Assembly (NCBI RefSeq): GCF_022539665.2 | Contig: NC_081334.1 | Coordinates: 2,604,001 to 2,668,000 of the forward strand | DNA length: 64,000 bases | Direction: 5' to 3' | Source: Daphnia carinata | Lineage: Eukaryota | Shown here: in pieces, positions 1 through 12,200 of the stretch | How positions within the stretch are numbered: the first letter of the stretch is position 1 | Layout: each line of letters opens with the position of its first letter | Position numbers and translations under genes: made by a program | Notes under the pieces: model-generated | Told to the model about the DNA's origin: nothing | Seen by the model: the letters and a program-made list of their open reading frames with translations, nothing else | Databases searched by the model: none

Positions 1-417
1 AACAGGGTGCTTCTGCTAAAACTACCATGAATCCCGCCAATCTAACAAAAGGAAAGCATTAACAAAGCTAGAAACTCAATCTTGGAATTATTAATTTCAT
101 ACATTTGCCATATGCCAGCAACTATACATATGGGTGAGAAAGATATGCAGGTCCACAATCCCAAAGCCATGGCCACTAAAATAAAAAGAATACAAATGTA
201 ATTTCATGGATTTAAAAAAATGTCATTCAATTCAACTGGGTAAAGAAATTCTTCCGCCCGATGATCAAGTAGGAGGTGACACCGGTGATCGTTTAGAAAT
301 GAGATACTTACCAACTCCACCAAAAGTGCCCATTCCTCTTCCGGCATATTTCAACCACCAAGGAACTTCTTCGGGTTGGGGGGCATCCGAAATTGGTTGA
401 GGAGCTGCCGACGACAT
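1..417 (-). CDS. fwe: Calcium channel flower homolog (CACFD1/fwe), 5' part; gene runs off the left edge
   Basis: Manual splicing of exons 417-312, 175-103, 41-1 (GT-AG) gives MSSAAPQPISDAPQPEEVPWWLKYAGRGMGTFGGVVAMALGLWTCISFSPICIVAGIWQILAGFMVVLAEAPC, matching the Flower family pattern PW.LKY..R / AG..Q..AGF.V...EAPC. Not in the ORF track. Confidence 0.85.
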
Positions 418-1030
418 ATTTATTAAAATCAAAACAAAATCAATTAAGCGGCGCGACTAGGGACTGCGAAGAATAAAGATACTAATAAACACAGCCAAAA
501 AAAGCCAAACGAGTAGTGACAGCTCTGAAGAATTAAAGCGGCGTTGCCAGATCATGTAGAATAATTCCTCCCCGTTGGCATCGAAAGGAAAGTATGGAAT
601 CACCTGTAATCTAGTCTATAGGTAGCAGTACCAGGTATCCTCTACCATATAGTAGCTAATTTAACTGACGCTACTTTTCAGGATTCACTTCGATATCACA
701 CCAAAACGTTCTGAAAGAATCATTGAAAACGTAACTGTCCCTCTTTAAAAGCTATAAAAATATTCTCCTTGCGAATGCCTCGAATAATTATTTGTTCTAT
801 AGTATCTTGTGTACTATTGTTACGATCGGAATTGCGCCTTGGCGGGAATAAAGAATTAATGGAGTACGCAAAATGAGGGGGACGAGGTAAGTAATCGATT
901 GACCAGTATAATATTGCCTTTGAAGTGGACTACCATTTGCCACGTCATTTGTCCCTAAGTCAGCGTAACATAAGGTTTACCACTAGTTTCGTTTGCGACT
1001 AAAATTGGCGCCAATTTTTTAAATATTGCA
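418..1030. promoter_or_regulatory. Head-to-head intergenic region shared by flower and the NEK kinase
   Basis: Divergent ATGs at 417 (-) and 1031 (+). GGCGTTGCCAG at 540-550 resembles the arthropod housekeeping core-promoter motif GGCARC (Ohler motif 8-like). Confidence 0.45.
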
Positions 1031-2190
1031 ATGGCTACATATCAACCGACGGATTACGATTATTCGTCAGTAAAGTTGGCTGATTTTGAAATTGGACAGC
1101 ATATTGGTAAAGGTCAGTTCAGCGTGGTGTATCGCGCTCGCTGTAAATTAAGTCAGCAAATGGTTGCATTGAAAAAGGTTCAACTTTACGAAATGACCGA
1201 CTTAAAAGCCCGGACTGACTGCATGAAAGAAATTCAACTTTTACAGGTATATAGTACGTTTTCGATTTTTCAGCCACATTGATTAATATCTATCGTACAT
1301 TTCTCGCGACAGCAATTAAATCATCCAAATGTCGTGTGCTACATCCATTCTTTCGTGGAGAACAAAGAACTGCAAATCGTCCTCGAACTAGCCGACGCCG
1401 GTGATCTTGCTCAGCTTTTGCGATATTGCCAAAGACAACACCGACTTTTGGTAGAAAAAACGATATGGCGCTATTTTGTTCAACTTTGCAGTGCTCTGGA
1501 ACACATGCACAGCAAAAGAGTTTTACATAGAGGTCTGTACCAACTTGCCATTCAGGTATTACTTTGTTCATTCAATTGTTTTCTTGTAGATATAAAACCA
1601 GCAAATGTTTTCATGACGGCTAGTGGAGTAGTTAAACTGGGTGATTTAGGCTTAAGTCGCTTCTTCAGTTCAAAAACATTAGCAGCACATTCACTAGTTG
1701 GCACACCTTACTACATGAGCCCAGAGAGATTAAAACAAACGGGCTACGATTTCAAATCAGACATATGGTCATTGGGCTGTCTTCTGTATGAGGTATGAGC
1801 TACAATGAATTTTAAATTTAAGGAAACTGAATTTCTCGTGACAGATGGCCGCTCTTCAATCACCTTTCTATGGAGAGAAAACAAATTTGTTCTCTCTCTG
1901 CCAAAAGATTGAGAGATGTGAATACCCTCCAATTCCTTCAACTCACTACAGTCAAGAGGTTGTGAATCGTTCATAGGATAACTTGACATATACTCATTTT
2001 GTGTTAACAGCTTCGCCAAATAGTAGTAACATGCATACATCCAAGACCAGAAAAAAGACCAGATGCCTACCAAGTACTGAAGAGCTCACAAGCCATGAAT
2101 GCTCAATTTTGTAACAATCCAGACTATGCTGCTCCTCCGGATATGCGACGACATGGAACCACTAATCACACACCTAACAATTTGCGGTAA
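1031..2190 (+). CDS. Nek7: NIMA-related Ser/Thr kinase, NEK6/NEK7-like
   Basis: Exons 1031-1246, 1313-1532, 1590-1792, 1845-1958, 2011-2190. Motifs [50 protein letters not shown]; no long regulatory C-terminus. Confidence 0.9.
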
Positions 2191-2447
2191 TAAACAAACA
2201 GAAATATTAAATATATCTGAGAAAAATAGTACAGTTAATAATACCTGAAGGCCAGAAGCAGTGTTTCATAACAACAATTTGAAAATCAAACAAATGTATG
2301 CCAGGAGCCATCAGTCAGGAAATTTCTAAGTCACACTAAAATTAGACTTCTCCTGTGTCAGGTGCAATTTTTCTTTGCATCAGTTTTTATTACCAAATTT
2401 TAAGTGATATATATTTGAAATACAATGAAGTGCATTTCTTAGCTTTT

Positions 2448-2816
2448 TCAAGAGTTCTCTGTTTCCTTGTACTGGCATTTTGTACATGTATAAAAAATGG
2501 TTTGGCCTTCATCAGCTGATCTAAGCTGAAGTGATGCATAAGACATGGTGTCATTTCCACATTTGGGACATTTACGTTCCACCAGTGGTCCATCAGTTTT
2601 GCTCTGGGCAGACTTGAGTTGCTGTTCTTCGATGTAGTCGCCTCTGTTGTTGAATTCGACGGTATACTTAACCTCCACGTCTTCCATAACTTCAATATCT
2701 ACTTCGAATTTGCATACAACACATACTATTCCACCTCTTGTTCCCAGGGTAGGTAAAATTGCACCACATTTAGGACAGAACATAGGGTCACAGTCAAAGT
2801 AGGAAAACTTAGGCAT
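2448..2816 (-). CDS. Polr1H: RNA polymerase I subunit RPA12 (ZNRD1/POLR1H)
   Basis: Single coding exon from ATG 2816. N-terminal zinc ribbon CPKCG...CVVC and C-terminal TFIIS-like ribbon CPKCGN...QLRSADEGQTIFYTCTKC. Probable 5'UTR intron 2876-2818. Confidence 0.92.
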   Translation of the reverse strand: MPKFSYFDCDPMFCPKCGAILPTLGTRGGIVCVVCKFEVDIEVMEDVEVKYTVEFNNRGDYIEEQQLKSAQSKTDGPLVERKCPKCGNDTMSYASLQLRSADEGQTIFYTCTKCQYKETENS

Positions 2817-2876
2817 CCTGAAAGAGTTGTTAACAATTACCATTGAGGAGACTAGCAATTTATGATCCTACTTTAC

Positions 2877-3042
2877 CTTAAACCGGACTAGTTAAACACG
2901 TGCGTCCAAACCACAACTAAGAACAAGAAATGCGGAACTAGCAGTCGACGCTCAGATTCTCGTCTGCTTTCTGTTGATCACAATTATCCTTCACGCATGC
3001 TCTGAAAATTACACCCCAAATTGTTTTCATTGTCAATCTGCC
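2877..3042. promoter_or_regulatory. Very short bidirectional promoter between RPA12 and mRpL53
   Basis: Divergent start codons only ~225 nt apart (2816 -, 3043 +). Confidence 0.55.
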
Positions 3043-3615
3043 ATGTCTGTTCCGTTTTCGGGAGGATTCACTAGATCTGCTGGGATATATTCTGCTATTG
3101 GGAAACAACTCAAGAGTGTTAGTTTGAAACCAATAAAACAAGTCGTATTTAAATTGGACCCCTTCCAGCCGAACGTGAAGACCATCAGGTATGATTTTTA
3201 AAAAACCTATGACAAGTGTGGTTCATGAGGCATCTTTAACATAATTTTTCTTAGGGATTGTATGTTCCTATTTTCTTCTCAAAGAGTTGTGAATACAAAT
3301 CCACGTTGCCTCATCAAGACAGATATTACAGATAACTGTGAACCAACAATATCAATCACACTTGGTAAATGAACTTTTTACTATGTGAAACGGTAGTTTG
3401 CACATCTTTTTTATCAATCTTTCTATGTAGATGAGGGCAAGAAACTGTTATTCAAAACAGAACATCTAAATACCTTAGAAGTTCTTCAAGAGTTTAACAA
3501 AATTGTAGTACCTTTGATTCCAAAGGAAGAAGAAATTGTTGGAAAAGTTGCAGGTAAAATTGCTGCTGGTTCTGGAACTAAAGCAGGAGGAAAGTCTAAA
3601 CCCACAAGAAAATGA
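3043..3615 (+). CDS. mRpL53: Mitochondrial ribosomal protein L53 (mL53), 146 aa
   Basis: Exons 3043-3188, 3255-3364, 3431-3615 give MSVPFSGGFTRSAGIYSAIGKQLKSVSLKPIKQVVFKLDPFQPNVKTIRDCMFLFSSQRVVNTNPRCLIKTDI...EPTISITLDEGKKLLFKTEHLNTLEVLQEFNK...KPTRK*. The LKP.K.....DPF, TN..C.IK and EP.I motifs are typical of arthropod mL53. Confidence 0.85.
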
Positions 3616-3806
3616 ATGAACGTAAATTCCCAGGCCGGGATCCTGGTTCTATGAAGATGATTGAAAACCTTTATTCACAAGTTCCTGCCTTCACTGATTT
3701 ATTTGATGAAGAAAGCTTTTACATGTTTGTGGTTGTCTTTGTAGCTGGAACTGTTCTGGTTGCCTATATAGGTTCCAGGTATATCACCATTAGACCAGTC
3801 GAATGA
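3612..3806 (+). CDS. 64-aa single-pass membrane microprotein overlapping the mRpL53 stop codon
   Basis: ATG 3612-3614 overlaps TGA 3613-3615. Acidic/aromatic segment LYSQVPAFTDLFDEESFY, ~20-aa hydrophobic helix MFVVVFVAGTVLVAYIG, C-tail SRYITIRPVE. First AATAAA downstream of mRpL53 is at 3825-3830, after this ORF. Confidence 0.75.
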   Translation: MNERKFPGRDPGSMKMIENLYSQVPAFTDLFDEESFYMFVVVFVAGTVLVAYIGSRYITIRPVE

Positions 3807-4162
3807 ATTTTGTCGTAGTCATCAAATAAAAATTCGAAAAGTAAGGTTTTCGTTAGTTTCATGATGATTGTGTTGCGTAAATACAAAAATAGTATTCCTA
3901 AAAACTGAAGTATAGATTTTCTAATGGATGGGCAACATAGTAACAAGAAATTGTCCTACATATTTTGCTGAATTAGATGATTCAATTACATATTAATACA
4001 TAATACGAGATTCCGAAATAAAATATAATTACCAGTTGCGAAAACATCTTTTAAATAACATAGGCAACACTGCGATGATTTTCACTTTGTGAACAGTCGA
4101 CGAGAATTTTGAGCTGACTGTTGTCTCTGAAGTCTGAAGCATCAATTTTCTAGCATATCGTC

Positions 4163-5210
4163 ATGGCGTCTACAAAAGTGGTAAATATTCCAAAGGGGGG
4201 GTTTTCTTTTGAAAATTGTCAAAGGTAAAATAAGCTTATTTATTTTATATTTTAATTTACTGTAGAATGTCAATATTACAACTTTTTCCCTACCAGGAAC
4301 AATTTCATGGCGAACCAAGGCTTTCCAGCACCCAAAGCTGTCAAAACTGGAACAACAATTGCTGGATTTATATTTAAGGATGGAGTTATTCTTGGTGCCG
4401 ACACAAGAGCTACAGAGGGAAATATCGTCGCAGACAAAAACTGCTTCAAATTGCACTACATGGCACCAAACATTTAGTAAATTTCTTTGGTTTACACGTG
4501 TGTTGTTACTTCAGCTTTATCAAATCTTACCATGCAATCGGTTTATCTTTTGACAGTTGTGCTGGAGCTGGCACTGCTGCTGATCTGGAAATGACTACAC
4601 TGCAGATGTCATCTCAGTTGGAGCTTCACAGGCTGAATACAGGACGTCAGGTTAAGGTGGCGACAGCCACTCGCCTGCTCAAGCAAATGCTATTTCGTTA
4701 CCAGGTATTGAAGGAATAGAAAAAGAAAAGAAAATTTATGCTAATGGTTTTTTTTTAAACTATTTGTAGGGTCACATTGGAGCTGCCTTGGTCCTTGGTG
4801 GCATTGACAGCACAGGACCCCATGTCTGTTGTATTTACCCACATGGTTCAACAGATTCTCTGCCTTTTGTTGCCATGGGTTCTGGTTCGTTGGCTGCCAT
4901 GGCTTTCTTGGAAGCTGGATGGAAGCCAGACATGGAATTGGCAGATGCCAAAGTACTCATGAGGAATGCTATCTGCGGTGGTATCTTCAATGATTTAATG
5001 TCTGGTAGCCACGTCGATTTGTGCGTCATCACTCGCGAAAAGGCTGAAATGATCCGACCGTTCGAAGTGGCCAACGTTAAAGGTGAACGTCAAGGCTCCT
5101 ACCGCTATCCTCGTGGCTGCACGGCAACTCTCTCAACTCGGGTCATTCCCATCGAGATCGAATCAACTGTCGTACGTCCTGTTGCTGAAGAGAGCATGGA
5201 TACGGCTTGA
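4163..5210 (+). CDS. PSMB7: 20S proteasome subunit beta type-7 (beta2, trypsin-like)
   Basis: Exons 4163-4224, 4297-4476, 4557-4704, 4770-5210. Propeptide GGFSFENC, cleavage site [33 protein letters not shown]. Confidence 0.95.
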
Positions 5211-6268
5211 AAATTACCCATTGCTTAATCCTTTTTTTTTCGTTTGGAACAAAAAGAAATAAAAAGACCCGGACATCCCATTCACGTGATATTCATTTAT
5301 TTTAACGTTGCAACCAACGAACTTGTGACGTTCCTCTCTTACAAATGATACGCACAGAACGACCGCGCTCGGTAGTAGGCGGGCAGAGAGGCTTAGAAAA
5401 ATAAACAGGGCAAAAACAAACAAAAAAAAGAAGCAAAGGAATCGTTTCCTCAATACCGTTTGTAGACATGTAAAAAAAAAACGTAATTGCCAAGGGATGG
5501 GAGAGAAGCCAGGATGGGATAACGTCCTGAGTTTTCAAATTTGATCTTTTTTTGTTTTGTTTTTCGTCCGATTTTAAAAATAACCGAATGTCGTGGGGCG
5601 GAATCCAGTGAGAAATTATACGTACGAAAAAGAAAATAATTTAAAATTAAGTGCATAATAATAAATACACGAAACGGGGGAGGGGTGTAATTCGCGATGG
5701 CTATATACACAATCGTAACGGCAGTGGAGTTCAGAACTTCATCTCCACTTAGCTATTTTCCGAAATGTTTCAAACGTATGTACACCAAGATTAATCACGA
5801 CAGAGATAGGCGAGCCCTGCTCGGGGTTTGTCTTTTAACCTTTCTTTTTTCATACCAGCAGTGTGAGTCTTTCAACACGCCATTTTCAAGTGAATCTCAA
5901 GAACTGACATGGAGGAAAAGTAAATGGGAGGCAATTACACATGTTGCACATAACCTCTTTTACAAGGGGAAAGAAAACCAAAAAATAAAGCAAAGAAATA
6001 GCGAAATTCCACTTGTTAGCAGGTCGTTTTTGATTCACAGTTGATTAATATAATACTACTTATGGTTTCTGGTTATCTCTGAGTGATGGGACAAAATAAA
6101 TTAATGCGACATTGCTCACTTGGTGGGCGCCATTTTAAATACAAACTACATAGTACATGCTATTTTTTTATGTTTTTTTTTCTTCTTGTTTCTTCTTAAG
6201 TATAAAGAGATAGATGGATAGAGAGACAAAGAGACAATAGTGAGTTGGTGGCAAGGCAGAGAATCGAA

Positions 6269-9200
6269 CTAGTGGGCGATCAGTTCGGCCCAGCGAGAAT
6301 CGAAAAACGTCTTCATGCTGTGACCGGCCTTGCCGACGGGAGAGTCGTCCTCGTTGAACGTGACGCAATTGACAAACATAAGCTGCAGGTCGGCGCAAAA
6401 GTCGTCCCTTGTCTTGTATCTGGCATCAAGAAAAAAACGATTAAACAATGAAAAATTTAAATTAGAAAAATGACTTACATGCCGTCGTTGAGTTTCTTGC
6501 GGATTGTGCTCAGATCCATCGGAGAGCGAATGATTTTCTTATAAGTAGGAAATTGTTTAGTGTTGACGGGTAGGAGGAAAGGCCAGGCTTCTTCGTGGGC
6601 TTCTAATTGGTCGAGGATCTCCCTAGAAATTTTGGAAATGAAACGGATTGTAGAAGGGATTTGTGCCTCGTTTCGTGCCAACCATTTTCGAAGGAACGGG
6701 GATTTTGAAAACTAAATAAAAAGGGGTTAACCTTTATACCTGCACGGCGCAAGATCCTTCTCCTTGGCGATGGCCTGATTGAGGCTACGTTTGAGAGCCA
6801 CAGCGGAGGAGGATCGGCGCGGCGATGGAGTCGCTACTGGAGGCGTGGCGCTAGGTCCGGGTCCGCCCATGGCACCAGAAGAGGCTTCACTGTCGTTTGA
6901 ATGCACGTTCTTTTCAATCTCTTTAGCCTCTTTGGTCGAACTCGTCGTCGTAGAGCATTCAGACTCGCTGACTCGCGGCTCTCGATTCTTCTTACTGGCA
7001 GATTTTTTCTTGGCAGGCGATTTGGAATGGCATAAAACACAGAGCCACTTACCTCGGGGTACCTTCAATCCAAAACATTTAATTTTAACGTTTAAAAAAT
7101 TTAATGATTTATAATAAAAGACAAGTGATACCTTGGCTAGTGGTGGTTGAAGACATTCAATGTGATAGGCTTTAGGACATTGATCGCAAAGGGCGCTGAT
7201 GGTTTTGTTGCCCGGCTTGCCGCAGACGATGCAATTGCGCTGGCCGGTAGCTTTGTTGCGACACTCGTAGCAGAACCAGTCGCCGTCCGGAATGTTGTCC
7301 ATAGGCGGTCGGAAACAGTAAGTATGGTAGCCTTTGTCGCAACCGTCGCAGAGTAAGAGTTGGTCCTCCTTGTCGCCACTGTGACAGAACTGACAGCTGG
7401 CCTTCATGATCGACTTGTCCCAGGCCACCGATGTTTCCAGGACGTAAAAACACATTGAGACTTGAGCGGCCGTTTCACAGCGTTTGACGGCCTCGCGCCA
7501 AGTCAGCAGAGCTTTGGGAGGCTCATTAGACGGACAAGAGCCGGACAGGACGCTCTGAACCAAATCGCCTTTACTTTGTCCGAGAGGGGCTTTCAGGTAA
7601 CGACGCTCGATGGCCAGCTCGACGCTCAAAAGACGTTCTTTGGCCAGGTAGATGGGATTGATTCTTTCATCTTCATCGTCGTCGGATGAAGAGTCCCCTG
7701 GTGTGCGGAATTTCAGGTCCATTTCGGCTGTGGCCCGAGGCGGAAGTTTCCAACCTTTGATTTGCATACTAGCTGAAGCTACACGATCTTCGAGGGCTTC
7801 AATTTGTTCCAGGAGCAGAATATCACCACGTAATGACGTCTCTCTCGACCACGAGCCTTCCGCATCCGGCAACGCTGCTCCCCCGATGAGTTTGACCTCA
7901 TCAGCATTTCGCAATTCTTTAAGTAGCAAATCTTTTGGATTTCCCTGTAAAAACAAAAGATGGGCATTAAAATTCTGTCGAATTCTTAAGGACGAAATGG
8001 TGTCAGAAGTTTGAAGCCATTAGGGAAACACGCAGCCAGGACCACAAGACGTTCTCGTGCAAAAAAAAAAAAAAATGCAAAATAGTTTGAGATTTACAGG
8101 ACTTACATGTCCGTGATGGTCCCTTTCCGTATGCTGGACGGAGAACAATGAGAAATAGAATGAAAAATGTACCCAAAATGGCTAACCATCAATTGCCAAT
8201 ATAAAAAACATAGGGCAACATAGGCAAACCGTAGGGGATCAAATAGCAATGGATAAGAATTTTCAGGATTACCTTCAAACATGATTCCCTGGCGAAGTCC
8301 ATGAAACGTGTCAACATCCGATTGAGCTCTTTCTCTCGAACGCCTCGAGGATGTAATGATTCCACGTACGTTTTAACTTGTTCAGGGTCGACAATCCGCC
8401 ACCAGCCGCGGGTCATTTCTACAAAAAGATGATTTCAAATTAAAGAATTTAATAAAACATTATTTAAAAATCATACCTTCTGGAATGGGTTGCATAATAA
8501 TTTTTTCAGCTTCGTCTTTGGCCGTTTCTTCTTTTTTTATTCGGCCGTCATTTTGTTCTTCGGCATCCGATCCGAAATTGTCTTTGCCCAGGTTGGCCGA
8601 AGAGGATCGATCGCACGGATTGCGAGGAAAGAGGCTGAACCAAAGGGCAGGAAGAGCTTCCTGGACATCTTCCTTTTTCGGGTCTGTTCCAGGAGCTTCG
8701 CCATTTTCTTCGCTTTTGATAGGAGCTATTTCTTCAGACGATTCCGTTTTGATCGTTGGTTGATCTTCATCCATCGGCTCCGCTGATTTCATTTCGGATT
8801 TTTGCTCATCCGGATCGGATTTTTGTTCATGAGAGATCTGTTCGCTTTTCGCTTCTGGAACTTCGGACATTGGCTCATCGCCGTTCAGCTGTGGGCCAAT
8901 CGGAGGGACGGGTTTACCGTCCCAGGTACCTAACGGTCCAGCGTTGGCTTCTCCGGATTCTAACGCCTCAAGGTAGACACCCCCAGCATGAGGTAATATC
9001 CATAATCGCCGCCGGAAGCGATCCTGCCCCATGTTGAGCGCACGTAGTTGCAAATCCGATAAGGCCAGTTGGGTTAGCATCTGGGCGCTCTGTCGGCTCA
9101 GACGTTCAATCTTCCGTTTCAGTTCCTCCGCTGGAAGATTCCCGTCTTCATCCTATCGCCCAAACATATTTTAATTTAAAATTCATTTAATTAAAAATAA

Positions 9201-12200
9201 ATCAAATTTTACCTCATCGCCTTGATCGGCATTATCGTCGGCTTCAGCACCGCTGTCTTCTTCCGCTTCCTCCGGATGTTCTTCCGTTTCGTCCTTCTTC
9301 TTCCCGCCGGTGGCCGAATGATTCGTTTCGTCGTGAGTTGTCGAATCATCCATAGCGTCCGTCTTACACGTCGGCGTCGACGAGTAGTTGATGGACGAGC
9401 TGACAAGTGAAGTCCTATGCTTTTTGGAATGAAGCGTTTTGAGCTTCTTAATTTTACTGTCCACGATCCATCGATCTCTGTTTTTAAAATAAAATCAATA
9501 AATGAAATGCGGATTCATTTTTAAATACAAATACCTTCTGGCCGTGTTCTGGCCTTCGATGGCGCCGTCAATTTGTCCGATGACGGCTTTGTTCTGCAAC
9601 AACTCGTTGACCATAAAACCGAGGATGGCTGCCTTCTGAGTCGGATTGAGAGAGAGGAAAGGCTTCCGTTTGAGCCACTCCGACATGAGGAAAGCTTCCG
9701 TGTCGGGATACTCGCCGGCGGCTATCTTCAATGGACTGGACGAGATCTTGTCAGCGGCCGGCATTTTCATATCACCCAATCCATTAGCTTGTAAGTAGAT
9801 GCGCAATATCTCGCTGACGTTGGTCGTCGTGATGTCGGCCTGTTTCAACGTTTGGCCGAGAAGGGTCGTGTGCCGGTTGGGATGTGGTATGCCCGGATCT
9901 TCAATGGCACAGACGAGCAAGTGAGTCATGACCGATAATAACTCCTCCTCGGCCTCGCTGTCGTAGAGGAGCGCCCTCTGGAGACTGTCCAGCGACGGCA
10001 GACTCTCCATGTCAAAGCCGAGCGTCTCGCCAAACGTATGGAGGAACTCGTAGAGCATCAGAATGTCGGCAAACGCCTAAGAAATTTTAAGATTTTGATG
10101 AAAATGAATTTAAATATGAATTTTGAATTAAAAACCTGTCCGGCAAGCTTGAGGTTATTGACACGAGGGACATCCGGTAAAGGCTTGTGATCCATCAACG
10201 ATGTGTCTTCAGTTGGACTACGTTGATCTCGCCATGTTTCCAGCTCTTTTCGACGTTCTTCCATCTTTTTCTCGCGTTCCGCACGTTTCTCGGCTTTCAT
10301 TTCTTCGCGTCGTCTCTCTCGTTCTTCGTAACGCTTCCGGGCTTCCAGCGCTTTAACAACGGCAGTATGTTGCCTCTTCCTTTCGCGTTCCAGCTCGGCC
10401 GTGTAAAAGAGTTCGCGCTGTTTGTTCAACTCTTGGATTTTCCGCTGTTGTTCCTCTTCGCGCAGACGGTCCAGCTCCTCCTGCCGCTTCTTGCGGGCCT
10501 CCATCAGTTGCTGCGTCCGTAGCTCCCGCTCTCTCCGCTGGGCTTCTTGGCGTTCCAGCTTCTCTTGCTCGCGCATCTGACGCCGGGCCTCCTTGGCTTC
10601 CTGCAGGGCGCGCTCTCGTTCCATGCGCTGCTGCAGTTTGGCCTCTTGCGCCTGACGGGCCATCTCTTGGGCCTCCATCCGCTGGGCGACCCGTTGAGCT
10701 TCGCGTTGCCTAGTGATGGCTTCTTTCTCCTCTTCCGTCATGCGCCGACTACGCGGTTTCCATCCGCGGGCGATTCGGATCTGATCCACCAAATGGCGCA
10801 CTTCCGGCTCGCCGAGGCGGATACCTCTCGCGTTGGGAGATTCGCCCAACGGCTGGATAAACTCGCCGACGATGCAGCGGGTGCTGAAGCTGAAATTGTC
10901 GCGGGTGATGGTTCCGATGCCTTGACGTTCCAGGTAGCGGACCACGTCCGGATACTGGCGGAATCGACGGCCGGATGGCGAGTAGTACGTCACTTCGCCG
11001 CGGACACCCGATTTGCCGATGGATCGAATCAGCGTTTCACGTTTCCAGCCTTGAGTTAATGGAATGCGGAGTGCGGCTTCATCCGAGACGAAACGGCGAC
11101 GCTTCGACGGTCTGTCGTCGCCTTCGCCGCCTTCAGCATTTCTCTTCCTCGATTCGTCTCCTTCACCCGTTCCAGCCCATCCATCGTCACTGTCGATCAT
11201 CGAGTCGTCTTCGTCCATACTATCTGCTCAATCATATGAAAATTAATACATTTTCCTTAAACAAATAAAAGGGCAAAATGCTGACCGGAATCATCGCTGG
11301 CGGGCTCGTCGTCGTGAGTGTTGGATTTGCCGTTGCCTCGATGCGATTCGCTGGTTCTGGCCTGGCCATTTTCAGGGGTGGGCGTGTCTTTACTCCTGGA
11401 TTGTTCGTTGTTCTTGGAAGCCGAATTGCTCGTGCCACCATCGGCGGATTTATTAGGAGTGCTGCTTGACGATTTGCCGGAAGGATTTGAAGTTGCGGCG
11501 TTCTGAGAAAGGCCTGAAAGCGGATTGGCACCGAAACCGAATCCGCCCAAGAGACTCGCTGCCCGCAGCAGATCCTGGATGGCGTGATTGGCGTCGCTGC
11601 CGCCCGCTTGTCCCCCGGAATTCAAGCTGTCCTTCAATCCGTTGAGGTAGGCGCTGGATAATTTGGCGTTGCTCAACTCTTGCATGGCCGTGTACAGAGC
11701 CTGCATTCAAAATTATTAAATTTAAATTCCAATTTAAAAATTAATTCAATAAGATTTCACCAAATTATCTTTCATGGCTTTCATTTCGGCGGCCGAGGCC
11801 TGTGAAGAAGTGGCATTGCTGGCCGCGTGAGCCTGCGGTGCAGCACTTCCTGCGCCTGGACTCGTACTGCGCTGGTTGCGGCTCTGGGCCAGCAAAGATG
11901 CAACAGTGTTCTTCTTGGGCATGGAAACACCACGACCCAATCGCGAACTGGACGTCGATGATAAACTGGCCGACGATGAAGGCTGCGTGCTTTCTTCTTT
12001 CGTTTTCATGGAGAGATTCAATGGAGCTTCTTCTGATGTGGACGTACTCGGCTTGCCGATCAACGAACTCACGTCCAGCGCCAACGGTTTGCCATTGACC
12101 GTTTGGCTCCTGGCTTTTGTGCCGTTGTTGATCGTGTTGTTGTTGATGCTGCTCGTAGTAGTGACCGTAACAGAAGTACTAGTTGTCGGCGGTAGATGGA

